Shown here piece by piece: positions 41,600-55,555 of a stretch of DNA of 64,000 nucleotides (its first letter is position 1; each line of letters starts with the position of its first letter). The position numbers and the translations under genes are program-made. Source of the DNA: Octopus vulgaris. Lineage: Eukaryota. The notes beneath the pieces were generated by a model. That model ran no database searches. It saw only the letters and a program-made list of their open reading frames with translations, and was not told the DNA's origin. The stretch covers positions 51,646,001 through 51,710,000 of the forward strand of contig OX597820.1 in assembly GCA_951406725.2 (NCBI GenBank). The letters run 5' to 3'.

Positions 41600-42470
41600 T
41601 GTTCTTAACCATTTCAAAGTTTGAATCGTTTTCTAGCATGAACATTACTAGGTCTTTGTAGTATTCTGTCTACATTAATACTGCAGTACGTCCTATATCG
41701 GCTTCTTTAATTGCCAATTCTTTAACATTGTGCAATTCAATTAAGTTTTTCTATTCAGCAGTACTGAGAGTTGAATTAATTCTTTGATTGTGTAAGGTAT
41801 TAGAAGAGAAGTTCAGATTGTGATCACAAAAGTCGTTGTGTGCTTTATTCCTACCTTTAGGTGGAATATAATTGCTTTTGTTTTTAACAAATGACACATT
41901 GTCGTTATTATAGTTAAGTAGAGTTTCCATAACTCGCATTTTAAGCAAAATTCTGTTATATTTCATTCTAATATATTTGCATAGGGTTGGAGTAAATTTC
42001 AATCCTCACTTTTGTATTCTTTTATTCTTTTACTTGCTTCAGCCATTCGATTGCGGCCATACTGGAACACATCGTTGATGTGTGTCAAACAAATAGGCCC
42101 CAGGACTTTATGTGTTTTAAGGCCTAATACTTATCGTGTCGGTTTCTTTACTAATGCGTTAAGTTACAGGGACCTAAACTCACCAACACCGGTTGCCAAG
42201 CGGTGATAGGTAGAAGAACACAGATAAAACACACATGCACACACAGAGATGACGAGTTTCTTTCGGTTTTTGTCTACCCATTCCATTCATAAGGCATTAG
42301 TCCGCCTGCGGCTATAGTAGAAGTCACTTGCCCAAAGTGCCACGTTGTGGTATCGAACCCGGAATCATTTGGTTGGGAAGCAAGCTTCTTAACACGCTGC
42401 CACGCCAGCGCCAATTTTGACTTTCGTTGTTGAAAATGTTTTTCTGACAATTTTATCAGTTTGAATTTTT
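41600..42470 (-). mobile_element. PLE (Neptune-like) N-terminal fragment interrupted by a SINE
   Basis: LIKLSEK | *GLKFTPT, KSNYIPPKGRN, LSTAE*KNLIEL..LAIKEADIGRTAVLM (resembling IVIK.ADKG.AVV). Confidence 0.75.
42017..42412 (-). mobile_element. Diverged SINE family A relative
   Basis: ttacttgcttcagccattcgattgcggccatactggaacac ... cacttgcccaaagtgccacg..tcgaacccgg. Confidence 0.85.
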
Positions 42471-43244
42471 CCTGGGAGACTAAATATATTTAATTTTTTA
42501 GGAGAATGTTTTTCTGTCTAATCATTTTAAAACGCATTTACGTGGTTCAATTTCCTTTGTTGTGAAATAAATATATTAACTTGAGCGGTGGACGCAAGTT
42601 GATATTTTTAACTTACTCTGACCGACTGTGAGAAGAGAAAAATTGACACTTATTTTGAATATTTCAATGAAATAAATTCATAAATTGTGCAGCAAATATT
42701 AGTGTTATGTGTTATGTGTACAAACATGTGCAAAGTTAATATTGATAAAGAGTGAGTCTAAATACAGATTAGGTTAAGATTACAGCTTATTATTTTACAC
42801 CGGGTCTATGTCTCATTGAAAATATTTGAAATAATCTTCCAGATATATTCATATTTTTGTACGTCTTAAACCTCCAGTATTATAAATATTTCAGAAGCTT
42901 TGAGTTCATTTGATGTAGAATATAATCTTCCATAATACCCAGGCTGAATATTTGGAACCATCGGCTTAAGCTTTGTTTTGGTTTTATAATGTCCCAAATG
43001 ATACTAAAATTGTTAATCTTCTCATTTTATTTCAATATTAAACTTGAAACCTTCGCGCTCTTCCTCTTATCTATTTCATAGAAAGATAAAGTTTTGTTAT
43101 TGCAGCGACTTTTGAAGTTCACCTACTTCTCAGACACTGTTACATTACCAGTCTTCTTCTACTAAAATAATAATAAAATACATTGAATTATTACTATGTC
43201 GATTATTATTGCAATATTATTCATTCTTATTATTTTAGTTTATA

Positions 43245-43700
43245 ATGCGGAGAGGAGAGCTTGTAGAATCGATAGTTTGCTAGGCAAAATGCTAAGCCAT
43301 TACGTTCTGAGTTTAAAATCCTTTTCGCGGTCGATAAATCAAGTACTAGTGAAACACTAGGATCAATGTGACCGAGTAGACCCCGCCACCCTTCAAAAGT
43401 GTTGGGCCTTGTGCGTTTAGTAATAAGGATTATTATTATACTTTATATAAGGTGGTAATTTGGCAGAATCATTCGTCAACGGACAAAATGGTTAGTGGCA
43501 TTCGCCCTTTTTAAAGTTTAAAGTTAAAATCCGATTGATGTTGACGTTGCTTTTTTTAATCCTTTGGGTGTCATTGAAATACGTACCTGTGGAGCACGTT
43601 TTCTATGAAATAGGTACCAGTCACGTATTGTGGTCGATATATTCGACTGGTCCCAACCCCAAAATTTCAAACTTTATGCCTTTGGAAGAAATCGTTATTA
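43245..43700 (+). mobile_element. Two tandem decayed SINE family B copies
   Basis: ttacgttctgagttt, cggtcgataaatcaagtactag; second head aaggtggtaatttggcagaatc...aaaatggttagtggcatt. Confidence 0.65.
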
Positions 43701-44219
43701 TAGGTTATATACGTTTGACAGGTGAATCGTAACTGTCATCTGATTATATTGAGAAAATTTTATTAGAGATATTTCAATGGAATATAAATAAACAAATCAA
43801 TGTATAGATATAATTTATCTGATATCACTAATACAAATATATCATTCTTTGAATGGTCTGTGCAATGTTTAATAATTAATCTATTTTCATTTATATATTC
43901 GGCAGCAAAGTGATAATTCATAGACAGGTGTTCGACAACATCAAGTTTTACATAGAAGACTCGGGGCAATAAAAAAAGAACTGTCGCTTATCGTCTGACC
44001 CTTCCCATACAGTTCCTATGATATTGAAAAAACACGACAGCGCTATGAAGACTTTGATTCCTACACATATTCAAAACACGCTCCTATCAAAATAACATAT
44101 AGTGTCAACAGAGAAAAAAATAAAATTTAATCAAGGAATTAAAATGTTATCACCAACTGCACCCATATTCAACAGCGGGAAGGAGTCTTGAGCTAGAAAA
44201 AGCATCATTTGAAGATCAG

Positions 44220-44620
44220 CATGAAAATATTTCAAAGAGCGTCAGGGGAAAATGGGTAACCAAAAATAATGAAACAGAACCCGAAAGCATAGGACCTTTG
44301 TTTCTCTTATTGGTCCATTTATACGTGATAACGGCATTCTCCAGTATGACGTTATATAAAGGGCAGAACGGCAGCAGAAACAACACTGCTTTGTGTTTAG
44401 TAATCCCACTGATATTGACGCAAGGGATCTGTGCGAACTTTAACCCCCAACATATAATTTCGAGCATAACTATTTCTGCCTCAGAAATCATAGCAGCAAT
44501 AAATGCAATTCTGCAGCAGGCCCTGATGGATCCCATGCTAGTGTCCTGAAGGAATGCAGACACCAGCTTGCAACCCCTATGATCAACTTCTGGAAAAAGC
44601 GTCACCCCAGACTTCAAAGA
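44220..44620 (+). mobile_element. CR1/Jockey-group LINE ORF2 fragment (pre-RT region)
   Basis: HCFVFSNP ... NSAAGPDGSHASVLKECRHQLATPMINFWKK resembles S.GPDG....LKEC...LA.PL. Confidence 0.7.
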
Positions 44621-44689
44621 GGCAAGCGAGTCTCTTGCAGTTAACTATTACTCAATGTCATATCTATGGAACTGTGATTTTGCGTTTGA

Positions 44690-44883
44690 GTTTGCCCCCT
44701 ACCACGGCGCGACAACCTATATTTGTGAGATTACGTCCCCATTAGTGGTTCGTGAAAGGGACTAATAGAATAAGTTCCAGAATTTAATCAAAAGAGTGCT
44801 GGGATTGATTTGTTCGACTAAAAGCCCTCCAAAATTATGCCCCCAGGATGGCTGTAGTCGAATGACTGAATCAGGAAAAAGAG
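44690..44883 (+). mobile_element. Decayed SINE family A 3' half
   Basis: ttacgtcccc..tagtggttcg, tagaataagt, tgggattgatttgttcgactaa, aatgactgaa. Confidence 0.65.
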
Positions 44884-46511
44884 AAATGTTAAAATACGTA
44901 CCGATTTGTTGATGTATTTTACATCGACGTAGAAGTAAGGAAATATTAGACAAGGATTGTAGCTCGTTCGTTCAAACTGAATGCTTCATGATACATCCCT
45001 CGTTAATATATCGCTTTAACTTATGTGGGCGTAGATGGTTGGTAACTATTAACACCATATAATGAATGGGGTAGAAATGATATTTGTTAAATTTCGGGTC
45101 TTAAATATGACAATACATATGCATCAGCTTAGAGTGAACGACTATACCGCATTTTCCCTAAGAATAATCCAGAGCTAGAAAATATCTACACATCAATTTT
45201 CCCTCACACTCATACACTCTGGAATCCTCTGTTGATATATTGTATAGAATACAACACTCCAGTGGTCCCTTTTACAAAAGATGCTCGAAAAGGAGATGTG
45301 ATTTAAATTATCTCCATGTTTCAAGGTGTTGATCTTCAATAGACTTTTGCAATGCATCAATAACATGATGCGTAATGAAATTCTTGAACAGTTTCCTATA
45401 ATCAGGATATGTGAAATAGATTTATTTTACAGAGGGTAGAGTCGTATATAGCGTATTCATCAAGCATTTCCATCTTGTTTAAATGGGATTGCCGCAGAAA
45501 ACATTGTTCTTAAAAGTTCTGCAATGGTCGATCGTTATTATTTTCTTATAAATTGCCCTGTTTGACCATTGCAGGTTTTCAAAAGCATACCGCGAAACGC
45601 GGAATCTTCCAAAGCCGTTACCTTCTATATGATAGAGATGCGATATTGTTTAGGTTCGAATTCAAAATAGGGTAATAGTTCTTCTGTTATCAATATATTT
45701 CAGATTTTTCATTGAGCATGAGAAATCTATTGTATACCATTCTTACGTCGAAAGGTACAGGGCAGTTTGACTATACGTGTTAAAGGCAAGATAAGACTTT
45801 GGAGATTGAATGCCTCTTTTGTGGAAAAAAAATATCTTGACTATTTAGTGGAGTGCACATTGTTAAATCTTAATAGAATCGCAGTCTTGAACCACAGAAG
45901 TTATGTTCCGAAATGATAGTGATTTCGTTCGAAATATTGCAATACAATTCAGCTTTCGCAAGGAATACGCAGTAGATGAAAGAAAAAAATGAGAACAAAG
46001 GATCCTATTGGATCTACATCGATGCCTATATATTTAACTGTGGTCTAATGAAAGAATCCTTACTATTTAAAATATAGAATATAGAAAGTTATCAGTTGAT
46101 ATTATAGAATATAGTAAATTATAAATTGTTATTATAGAAAACCGAAAATTGTAAGTTGTCGTTAATGTTGTTACCAAATGTTTCATATATGAATAAAATT
46201 ATGACGCTACATGAATATAAAATCATAATTCCAAGACTTTGAAAAAAATGATTTATGACTTATCTGAGAAATTATCGATCGTTACTGTATACTTTCACAT
46301 GTGCCACTCCGTGAACTCGCTAGCTCCAAAATGATTTATGGAAAATGTTACGACGTCATAAACTGACAGATGACAGATTAAATTAGAAAATACACTGCTT
46401 CTGTCAAATGGTCACATAAAGACGATTTTAGTTGTTGAAATGTCGGGCGTACTGAGCCGCTATGTAAGGTGTAATTTTTTAGATTTCAAAAAGGTCTATA
46501 TTACAATCGTC

Positions 46512-47034
46512 AAGGCGGCGAGCTGGCAGAAACGTTAGCGCGCCGGGCGAAATGCTTGGCGGTATTTCGTCTGCGTTACGTTGTGAGTTCAAATTCCGTG
46601 AGTTCAAATTCTGCGTTACGTATTTCTGCGAGCTGGCAGAAACGTTAGCACGCCGGGCGAAATGCTTAGCGGTATTTCGTCTGCGTTACGTTGTGAGTTC
46701 AAATTCCGCCGAGGTCGACTTTGCCTTTCATCCTTTCGGGGTCGATAAATTAAGTACCAGTTAGGCACTGGGGTCGATGTAATCGACTTAATACCTATGT
46801 CTGTCCTTGTTTGTCCCCTCTGTGTTTAGCCCCTTGTGGGTAATAAAGAAATAGGTATTTCGTCTCGTTACATTCTGAGTTCAAATTCCGCCGAGGTCGA
46901 CTTCGCCTTTCATCCTTTCGGAGTCGATAAATAAAGTACTAGTTTCGCACTGGGGTCGATGTAATCGACCTAATCTCTTTGTCTGTCCTTGTTTGCCCCC
47001 TCTATGTTTAGCCCCTTCTGGGTAGTAAAGAAAT
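46512..47034 (+). mobile_element. SINE family B multimer (partial head, full copy, headless copy)
   Basis: Head repeated at 46512 and ~46628; the body gagttcaaattccgccgaggtcgac...taaagaaata occurs twice. Confidence 0.9.
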
Positions 47035-50000
47035 ATATGTAACGATCGTTATTCCCACATGATACACATGTCTGTTCCTGTTTCAGAGCGGTCCGTTATT
47101 AGCGTGTAAGTGACGAAAATGAAGACGAATGACATCAATCTAGGGGACATGGGGAAAATCTTTCTCCTTAGGAGAGACGCAAAATTTGGCAATCCCAGGT
47201 AATCTCTTTAAAGCAAATACCACTTGATATTTTATATAATTTAACAGGCAGAATATAAATTTGCACTGGTGCAAATGCTAATTAGCTTCTATCATTCCAA
47301 AGCTTTCCACATATTCGACCATGGCTAAATGACATTTCTTCGAAAAGTAGTCGGCCTCGGTCCTGCCATAAGAAACAGTATCGTACTCTTCCGTTTCAAT
47401 CCGCCAAACTCTGGATTATAGCTTCCTTGCCAATTCAAGTCCTCTGCAGAGTTTATCTAGTTGCATTTGCTCCTTTGGGTATTAACAAATAAGACGTGAT
47501 TCTTAAAACGAGGCTTTCGTGCTTTGTGTTTAAATTTTGAGGGGCAAAACCCAGCCAAAAATTGCTAGCAGGATATGAAATGTGCCCCACCAGACATATA
47601 AAGCTTACGGACTTTCATTTTTTGTTTTCTTTCAGTCATGTCATATAATTATAAACATATTTGTATTTATTTTCTGGTTTCTTTTTATTTCGGCTATTTT
47701 ATATTCCAACACTTCTCAAGTTATGTACATAATCTCCGTCACACATCCTAGTGTTTTATTTTTTAAAAATCTAAATCATGATCGCTTTACGTTTATCCCA
47801 AACTTATTCGAAGCTATTGAAGAAATTGTAGTTATTATTCCTACTATTAGTCAAAGTGGAAACATAATATCCCCATAATCCCTCCCAAAAGAGATTAGTT
47901 GTAGCCAACCACAATGGGCAATTTGGCATACTGGTTCCAACTCAAGTTTTGCTCCACTTCTTAATAATTCTTTTGTGCTTTTCATAATGTGGTTGGTTCG
48001 TGATAAAAATATGAGCATGACATTCAGTCAAAATGTATTCAGATAATCGTTTCATAGTCATCCCCTCGGCAGGAATTGTACACAACGTATATGATCTTAA
48101 TTTCTTTCATGCAGAAAGCAAGAGTACGTACCTTTTCGAATTGTGGTATTTCTCAAGATTTTCTCATCCCTTTTATCTAATTCACGTGTTATCTGAACAT
48201 TTTTGCATCAGATAATGAACAATATCTTGAGATATCTTCCATAATATCTACTTTTGATCTCTTGCTTCATTCCTGCAATAACTTCATATCAACATTTTCT
48301 TCCAGTGCATTAAATCCATATTTTCATCAGCCACCCATTCTATTGAAATTATGATTTTGCGTTGTTTCTAATGACAAATGCGTGAATTAATCTTGGAATA
48401 TGCTTTTGTATTCTCCTTGTACCATTTTATTTCCTCATACTCGATAAGTGATTTTTTTTATAACAAAGTAAACATATAGGAAATTGAAACATTGTTTAGG
48501 CTTCTGCAAGTTAACTGAAGGCAGCAGAATTAAGAAAGACGAATGCTACACATGGAAAGTGATAGTAGCAGTAAACACAACAAATTCATCAACGAGAATA
48601 ATTAAAATAGTAACAATGCCGGAAATACAGCATTAGTACCCTGATTGAGAAAGAAGTGTTTTCATTGTAGAAATTTGAAAGTTCGAAATATTGTACCACT
48701 GCTAAAAGGGTAATGGAGTTTAAATGTAAAAATATGAACATTAGCAGCAGCTATGATAGCAAAAGCAGAAGAAATGAAAGCACAGTAATTTTTTTTTCCA
48801 AAGCTGAAACATTTTGCACGAAATCATTAACATTTTGAAATGCTATAAACTGCCACACATTTTAGACCAAAGAGGAAAGACAATTGTTCATGTTTACTTA
48901 TCTATAAAAGAAATGAATTAGAGCGCATGCTTTCAAACTATTCTGAATTGTATTATAAAAACGTTTGCCAAAATATAATTTTCTAGGACATGCTCCTAAT
49001 GACGGATGCATCAGATTTATTTTCCACTCTAAAACGAAACCCAGAAAAGCTTCATCGCCCCACAAAGGAATGGGGAGTGTATACTGCTACACCTCTTCCT
49101 GAAAGAGAGAGTGCTCTTAGTAAAAATCTATGACATAACAATGAACTTTTGTTTCGTGGCTGGAGAGATATATGGTTTTCAAATATCCTAACATATTGCC
49201 AGAAATAAAGAGATTTAGAAGGAAAATTGGGTTGGGATTGGATAAGAGATTTCGATTCAGGTGAGGCACGAGTGCTGGACAAAATCATCGACCCCTTCGA
49301 GAAACGAAGCGCGCAGAAAACGCTGGTAATAGAGTAATATAGGTGCCTTAGTGATACGACAGAAGAGACATTAAGATTTTCTCCACAACCAGCAACAGCA
49401 ACAGAAAATTACCAATGCATGGGAGGACTCACCACTACGAATACAACAAAATCAAAACAAATAGCAACGACATTAAGTAACGCACAAAAGTTTAATCAGT
49501 AACAAGAGCATGCAACCACTGCAAGAGTGACTAACAGACACTTGCAACACCATCAGCAACAACAACAACAATACTGGAAATACAAGAACCAAAGATGACT
49601 GGAGATATAACGTCAGCAAAGAGCATCATATTACAGACAACGGCAGCAGAATCACAGTCATACCGTAAAGATAATTGGAAACCAACAATAATACGAACCT
49701 GCAAGCTCCCCAACATGCCCGCTTCCACTCAACCCAAACATATATAATGTATGGCATAGGTGACTGTGAAAAGCCGACAAGCCAACAAGCTTCTTAATAA
49801 AGGCAAACGACAGAAAAAGAACAATACCGATAGGAATAAGTATATCAGCAATTATATCAACTAGACTATTTGTGTATTTTAGCAGACTTTGCAAGAAAGT
49901 TCAGTATTTCAGATACAATTTACCGTATGACTATCATTTGGCATAGCTTTCTAGGAGTTTCTCCCTCTTGCTAAATGAACATCTTCCATTCTTCTTCACT

Positions 50001-52160
50001 GCAGGCACTCATGATGTTGTCGATGACTTGTAAACACGCAATGAATTTGAAACATTTCAGTGATACCGTGTGGTGAGTTTGTTTGCTTTCTCTTCTTCAG
50101 TATATATTTTCTACGTCGTATTTGATAGACGAAGCTACATATATGAGAAAACCAGAGTCCAAAAAATGGATAAGGCGTAGTAATATTGATTATTAGTTTT
50201 GGCAAGACCAAGAATCAGTAATATTGGGGAGGCTTTTCAGTCTTTAAGCACTAAAGCAATGAGGTTGCTGAAACCTCTATATCATTTTATGAACATGCTT
50301 GTCGTAGGAAGAAAGTTAAAGACTTGAGAGTTTTCAAATTGCTGATCTGTTACAGAGAGCATTGATCCCCTTGACTATAGAATACATCCAGTGAATCTTA
50401 ACCTGACAACACTAATTTGGGTGGAAGCATTTCGGCGTTTTTAGATTAACCATGCCGTCAGCCTGATCTCCTCGCGAGACCCGTAGAAGAAAGGCACTCA
50501 TGGAATTTTATGGAATATATATTGTGGTGGATATGATGGATCTAGCAATTGGACGAGTGTATTGTAAACCTCCATCTGTAGTAGAGATGAGCACTAAATT
50601 ATTATTGAAATGTTATTGTTTAATAATATAAGTAATTACCTATTAGCCATCCAATTTAAACGCACAAATGGATTGTAACTCATCAGACATGTACAGGCAT
50701 TGCGAAGATGTCATCGAATACAACTGACAGATAGGCGTCGGGTTAAGTACCTCAGAAAAGACGATGTTCATGTTTATGCTGAGTATGTCCTTTCAGTCTT
50801 AAATTTTGAACAAAGAAAATTTCCCTAGAAATATATATATCACTTAAATTTTTATAGCATTCACAGTTTAAAGTATAAATAAAACATTTCGGCTACCCAT
50901 CACAAACATATCTGTATATGTACAATCTGTAGAAAAAAAAAATGAAAAAATATTCGAAACTTGTCTCGTTTAAGATACCCTGAAACTAAATGACATTGAC
51001 AGATTTAATGGCTAGAATAAATGTAGCTCAATAAATAAATACAAAGTTATGTATTGCATGTTAATTGTCCTCAAGGGAAAATACACAGGTGTCTTACGTT
51101 TTGCTAGGTAGTTGAACCAGTAATTGACAGGTACGTTTATAATTCACGATCTCCAAAATATCTACCCTAAATAACATTCTTATTCACATTTCTGTAAACT
51201 ACTAGATTAAGCTTGATAGTCTCCTAAACACTTTAAAAATTTTATCATTGATAATAAAACTTTCTATCGATTGGGGAATAATATATATTGCAATATACAA
51301 TGTAAAGTTTAGCGTAAGAATTTGAAGAAGATGGAAATGAAAAAGAAGAGGTACAAATTAACATGGCATATATATAGTTAAGAAATAAATTAGAATTAAA
51401 CTGCGTGAAAACTATGCACAAGGAAATAAGAAATGAATATATTAAATAACAACAAAGAAATACTGAAATTCATTTGAATCACAAAACTAGAACCGATGCT
51501 ATTAGCATATTGCTGTTACCGTCGATAAATAACGCATTTATTAATAATACTCTTTATACTTCCAAATCGCAAGGCACCTGCAAAATACTTTTGTTCAATA
51601 TAATGTTAATGAGAGAGGAACGCGGTCATAAAAGTCAAATATTCTTTAAATCAGTTGGTTTAGATATCAAGCAGCCAACGTCTGTTCGAAACCTATAGCA
51701 ATAATAAATTAAGACAGGCTATCACGGAAAACTCAAACAATAATTAAGTAGAATGCTACAAGTATCTTGTGATAATATGTGCAGCATATCCGGCGCTTGA
51801 CAACTTAGGAAGATGTAACAGTAACATTACTTTATACAAAATCTGAACTTTGGTCACGTATGATATTGTAGGAGAATTATATGTGGAGATAAAGATCAAT
51901 GACAAATATAATGATCAATGGCAAAGACATCACTAAATATCTCAGTAATAGAGCAAAAGCAAATTTAATAAATAAAATTTCTAATCGAAAGTGCTCACTG
52001 GCTCGGACCTCAATGAAACTCTACAATATCAATTCATCTTGAACTTCCCTCATTTCTCTATAATATCTCTATTATATATTCCTATATATTCCTATTTATA
52101 TATCTATATATATTCCTATATATATATCTCTAGATATATTCCCTCTATCTCTCTATAATA

Positions 52161-52715
52161 CTTGGTTATCCGGAATGTTCGTACCGATTTTTAAAGGAAA
52201 GAAAAAGGTTAATAAAAACTTGCCATTACATTTTTAATCAACCAAATATGAACCATTTTGTTGCATAATGCGTCTCCATCTTTCCCTTAACTTGAAAATA
52301 TCCTCTTCCCAGAATTGAGGTGGCTTCAAGGCAAAGAATTCATCAAAGTATCTTTTTACGTCATCTAAGGAATTGAAATTTTCACCATTAAGACTATTCT
52401 GCACAGATCTGAATAAGTGGAAATCCGAAGGAGCAATATCTGATGAATATGGAGGGTGGGGTAACACATCCCAGCCGAGCTGCAGCAATTTCCCAAAGCA
52501 TCAAGTGTCGAAAATGAATTTCTTATCTTCCACTTTAAAGGGTTACAGAATTAACACAGTTTATAAGAACATAAATCTTCTTCCACAAAAAGAAAGCTTA
52601 AATTGTGCTCTAAATGGAGGTGTAGTAAAATCCTATTTTATGAACTCAAACATGTTCTAAACTAAGTCGAAAGGTAAGCTACTACAAATCGCCACGAACT
52701 TTCTGGATAACCCAA
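52161..52715 (-). mobile_element. Internally deleted mariner (cecropia/Hsmar1-like) with both TIRs
   Basis: TIRs ttggttatccggaatgttcgtaccgattt / aaatcgccacgaactttctggataacccaa with TA flanks. EIHFRHLMLWE is fused directly to LLQLGWDVLPHPPYSSDIAPSDFHLFRS. Confidence 0.93.
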
Positions 52716-54443
52716 TATATCGTAATACACTATTATCTGTTAATAGTAAGTGATTATGCTGGATGTACACAATTTCCCGTCAGTCTACTCTCCTTCAGAA
52801 ATTCGCAAAAAATTTGATTTTTTTTTTCAACTGTCGTGTCTTACCTCTTGTACTACAAAAAAATCTTGAGAATGTCATCTTTCTTATTTTAAGCAATGAA
52901 TATTCCCCCCAGTAACTACCTAATTTTGATTGTCAACCCATCATTAGCATCATAGCTTGGCACTGTCTAGAATACCAACAGATTTAATGCAGTTTGCGAT
53001 GAATATGGTAGTTATAATTATTCCAATCACCATATTGAGTATCGTACTCAACGCAACAATTCGGCATTTAAAAGTCAGGATGATTTTCGTTCACTAATGG
53101 TTATTAGTAAACATATATGCACTACACTTTTACTTTGAAACCATGAATACCCGTAAAATACATATAATACAACATATAGAAACTGAAACTCATAATCTCT
53201 TTGGAACACGAAAGCAATATCATATTATTTCAAAACATTAAATCTTTCATTGACGAGTAACCTGACACTTCAATTATATTATTGTATTTAGTCAAGCTTG
53301 TCAAGTAAGTAAATACCCACTAAATAAGTTGGTGACAGACAGAATCATTCAGTTGGGCAAATATATTTCAAACTTAATTTAGTTACAAAGCGCAACGCCA
53401 CGTCATTGGATGAAAATATTTATCGATATTCAGACAAAATTTGACAAAATTGTAAAGGCTTAAGTATTGGATTACATCATATGTATTTCCTTCTTTTTGT
53501 ATTCAGGTGTAATGTGTTTTTATATATTAAATCTTTTATCAACCGTATTTCTAAGTGGAGAAGAAGGCTATGTCAGGATCTGGTAGTGTTTTTATTGAGT
53601 TAAATTCCTGCCAATAGAATTAAAGTATTTTACAGCAATTTGCGTTTATATCGATGAATTTATTGTTATTTTCAATGTTATTTATGCGTAAATTTAAGGT
53701 ATCGGTGAAAATGGTCACTATATTGCTACAGCGTATTATTTCCGATATTTTCTCTCGCTCTATATGTCATTAATTTTATGTGTGTCACTTTATATAAAAG
53801 CTATCAAGTATTTGGTTAATATAATCTCTGAGAGACTTGTAAAATCTGAGAATGGAAATGCAATACAAACTACCAATTAAACATATAAATGGAACCGCAT
53901 CACATGTCATCAGTACTTCATCTCTGTGAAATTCTAATGAATATTACAATGGCAGTAACAATCTGCATTCATTTCAAATCCATTCGACGAGAAATAATTT
54001 GAATCAATTTTGTTGAGTTACCAATGTAATAGCATGGTATCGCTAGTATCACTATGACAACGCTGTCAAACGACATATTTTGATTGTCCAGTAAGTACGT
54101 CAATTCCATTTGATCATTATTTGGATCACGTATGCTAATCAACTGAATTTCGTTTTGGAAACTCTTTCTTTATGTACTACGGAGTTCAGTCTCATTACTA
54201 CACATACACAGCTATAACTATGGATCTTAAAACAATGTAAATTACTTTTATTCTGTTAGTGGTTTTAGTCAGTGTGATTTGGTAATACGGGGGTAATGGC
54301 ATCTGAGTGTTAGAAGGTACTATCAATATTAGCACTTTCATTGCAAATACTTATCTTATCGTCCCCATTTATGGAATTTTGAACCCAACGTGGATAATTA
54401 AAAGGGACACATCAAGACACAATTCCACGTTGGTGACGGTATT

Positions 54444-54518
<75 letters not shown>

Positions 54519-55019
54519 TGAGAGAGATGGAGAGACGAGAGCGAGAGAATATGAGGGTTTAGTTCACTTGTAATCTAAACAAATAGGTATGCTGTGTAAG
54601 TAGTATAGTTGGCTGATAAACGTCAGGTTCCAACATCACGTCTAAGGCTGGATCTTGGGATCCTTGTTAGGCTTCTGTTTTAGCAGGTATATATTACATT
54701 TGAGGAAAAAATTCAAAACTAATGCAGAACGAATATCTCAAGGAATTTAGAATAATTTAATTTGAAGTGTCACAATAGTTTCTGGGATAACACCAATGGT
54801 ACGAGAAAAGCCATCGCCAAGAAGACTTATTGAACTAATTCATGATTGACGCCATGTGATGCCCTTATATGACTTTTAAGCCTGGCCAAGCTTTTACACA
54901 TTGGAGGAGAAACAGGTGCCGCCATATACATTCTCTTAACATGTCTTTTTAGACCTTCATCATTTTACATACGCTCTGTTATGAATTTTAATAGCCATAT
55001 CATTGTTTATCATGGGTCG

Positions 55020-55555
55020 ATTTCTATGAGAATTGTGATGGTTCACCAGGCCCGCACGACTCAAACACATCTGCCCTCAAACCACCAAAAATAACATTCT
55101 CACTTTCCACAGTTTCCCCTTTCTAAGCCTAGTTCTCTCATATTTCACTCCCTCTCTAACCTTGATCAACCATCATGCACTATCTTCTTCCGTCCATCAA
55201 GATCGTGTGCCTCCCTCTCCCAATTACCAGCTGCAATTCCTGTCTGTATTAGAGCATATTTAAGGCAACCAAACTTTAGTTTAGGCATATGCGATTGTCT
55301 CCTGCCATCTTCCAGTTCACCATACAATAGCTGCTTGTGTATTCACTCAACTCTCATCCTTACCAAATATCTCCCCCACCTCAAAAGTATTTGTAAAATC
55401 CTTGACTCTATGCTTCTATTGCCACTCCTCTCAAGCACTTCCACATTAATAATGGCCATTTTCCAGTTTAAACACGCAATTTTTTTTCTCAGACAGTACT
55501 GATGAAATCGTTCCAATTGCCTTACCTGTCTGCGGTAAACAACCTCAGAATCGCA
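55020..55555 (-). mobile_element. RTE-clade LINE 3' fragment
   Basis: VYRRQVRQLERFHQYCLRK(fs)IACLNW..INVEVLERSG..SIES...LRWG.YLVRM....KQLLYGELEDGRR...PKL. Confidence 0.88.

Noticed and set aside
46055-46165. ~29-bp spaced repeats (also short duplications at 19003-19031, 25760-25800, 39040-39087)
   Set aside because: Simple tandem duplications without unique spacers; not CRISPR-like.
50625-50690. Minus-strand CTGATGA followed by a GTTAC/GTAAT stem (similar partial motifs at ~34235, ~39965, ~40330, ~48325)
   Set aside because: The GAAA box or stems are missing, so these are too degenerate to call.
47400-50760. Stretches with coding-like texture (possible old LINE/PLE debris; also 34.7-35.6 kb)
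   Set aside because: No diagnostic motif series could be assembled by eye.
55495-55520. CTGATGA hammerhead-like box
   Set aside because: It is the antisense of the RTE codons FHQ, with no stem II or properly placed GAAA.
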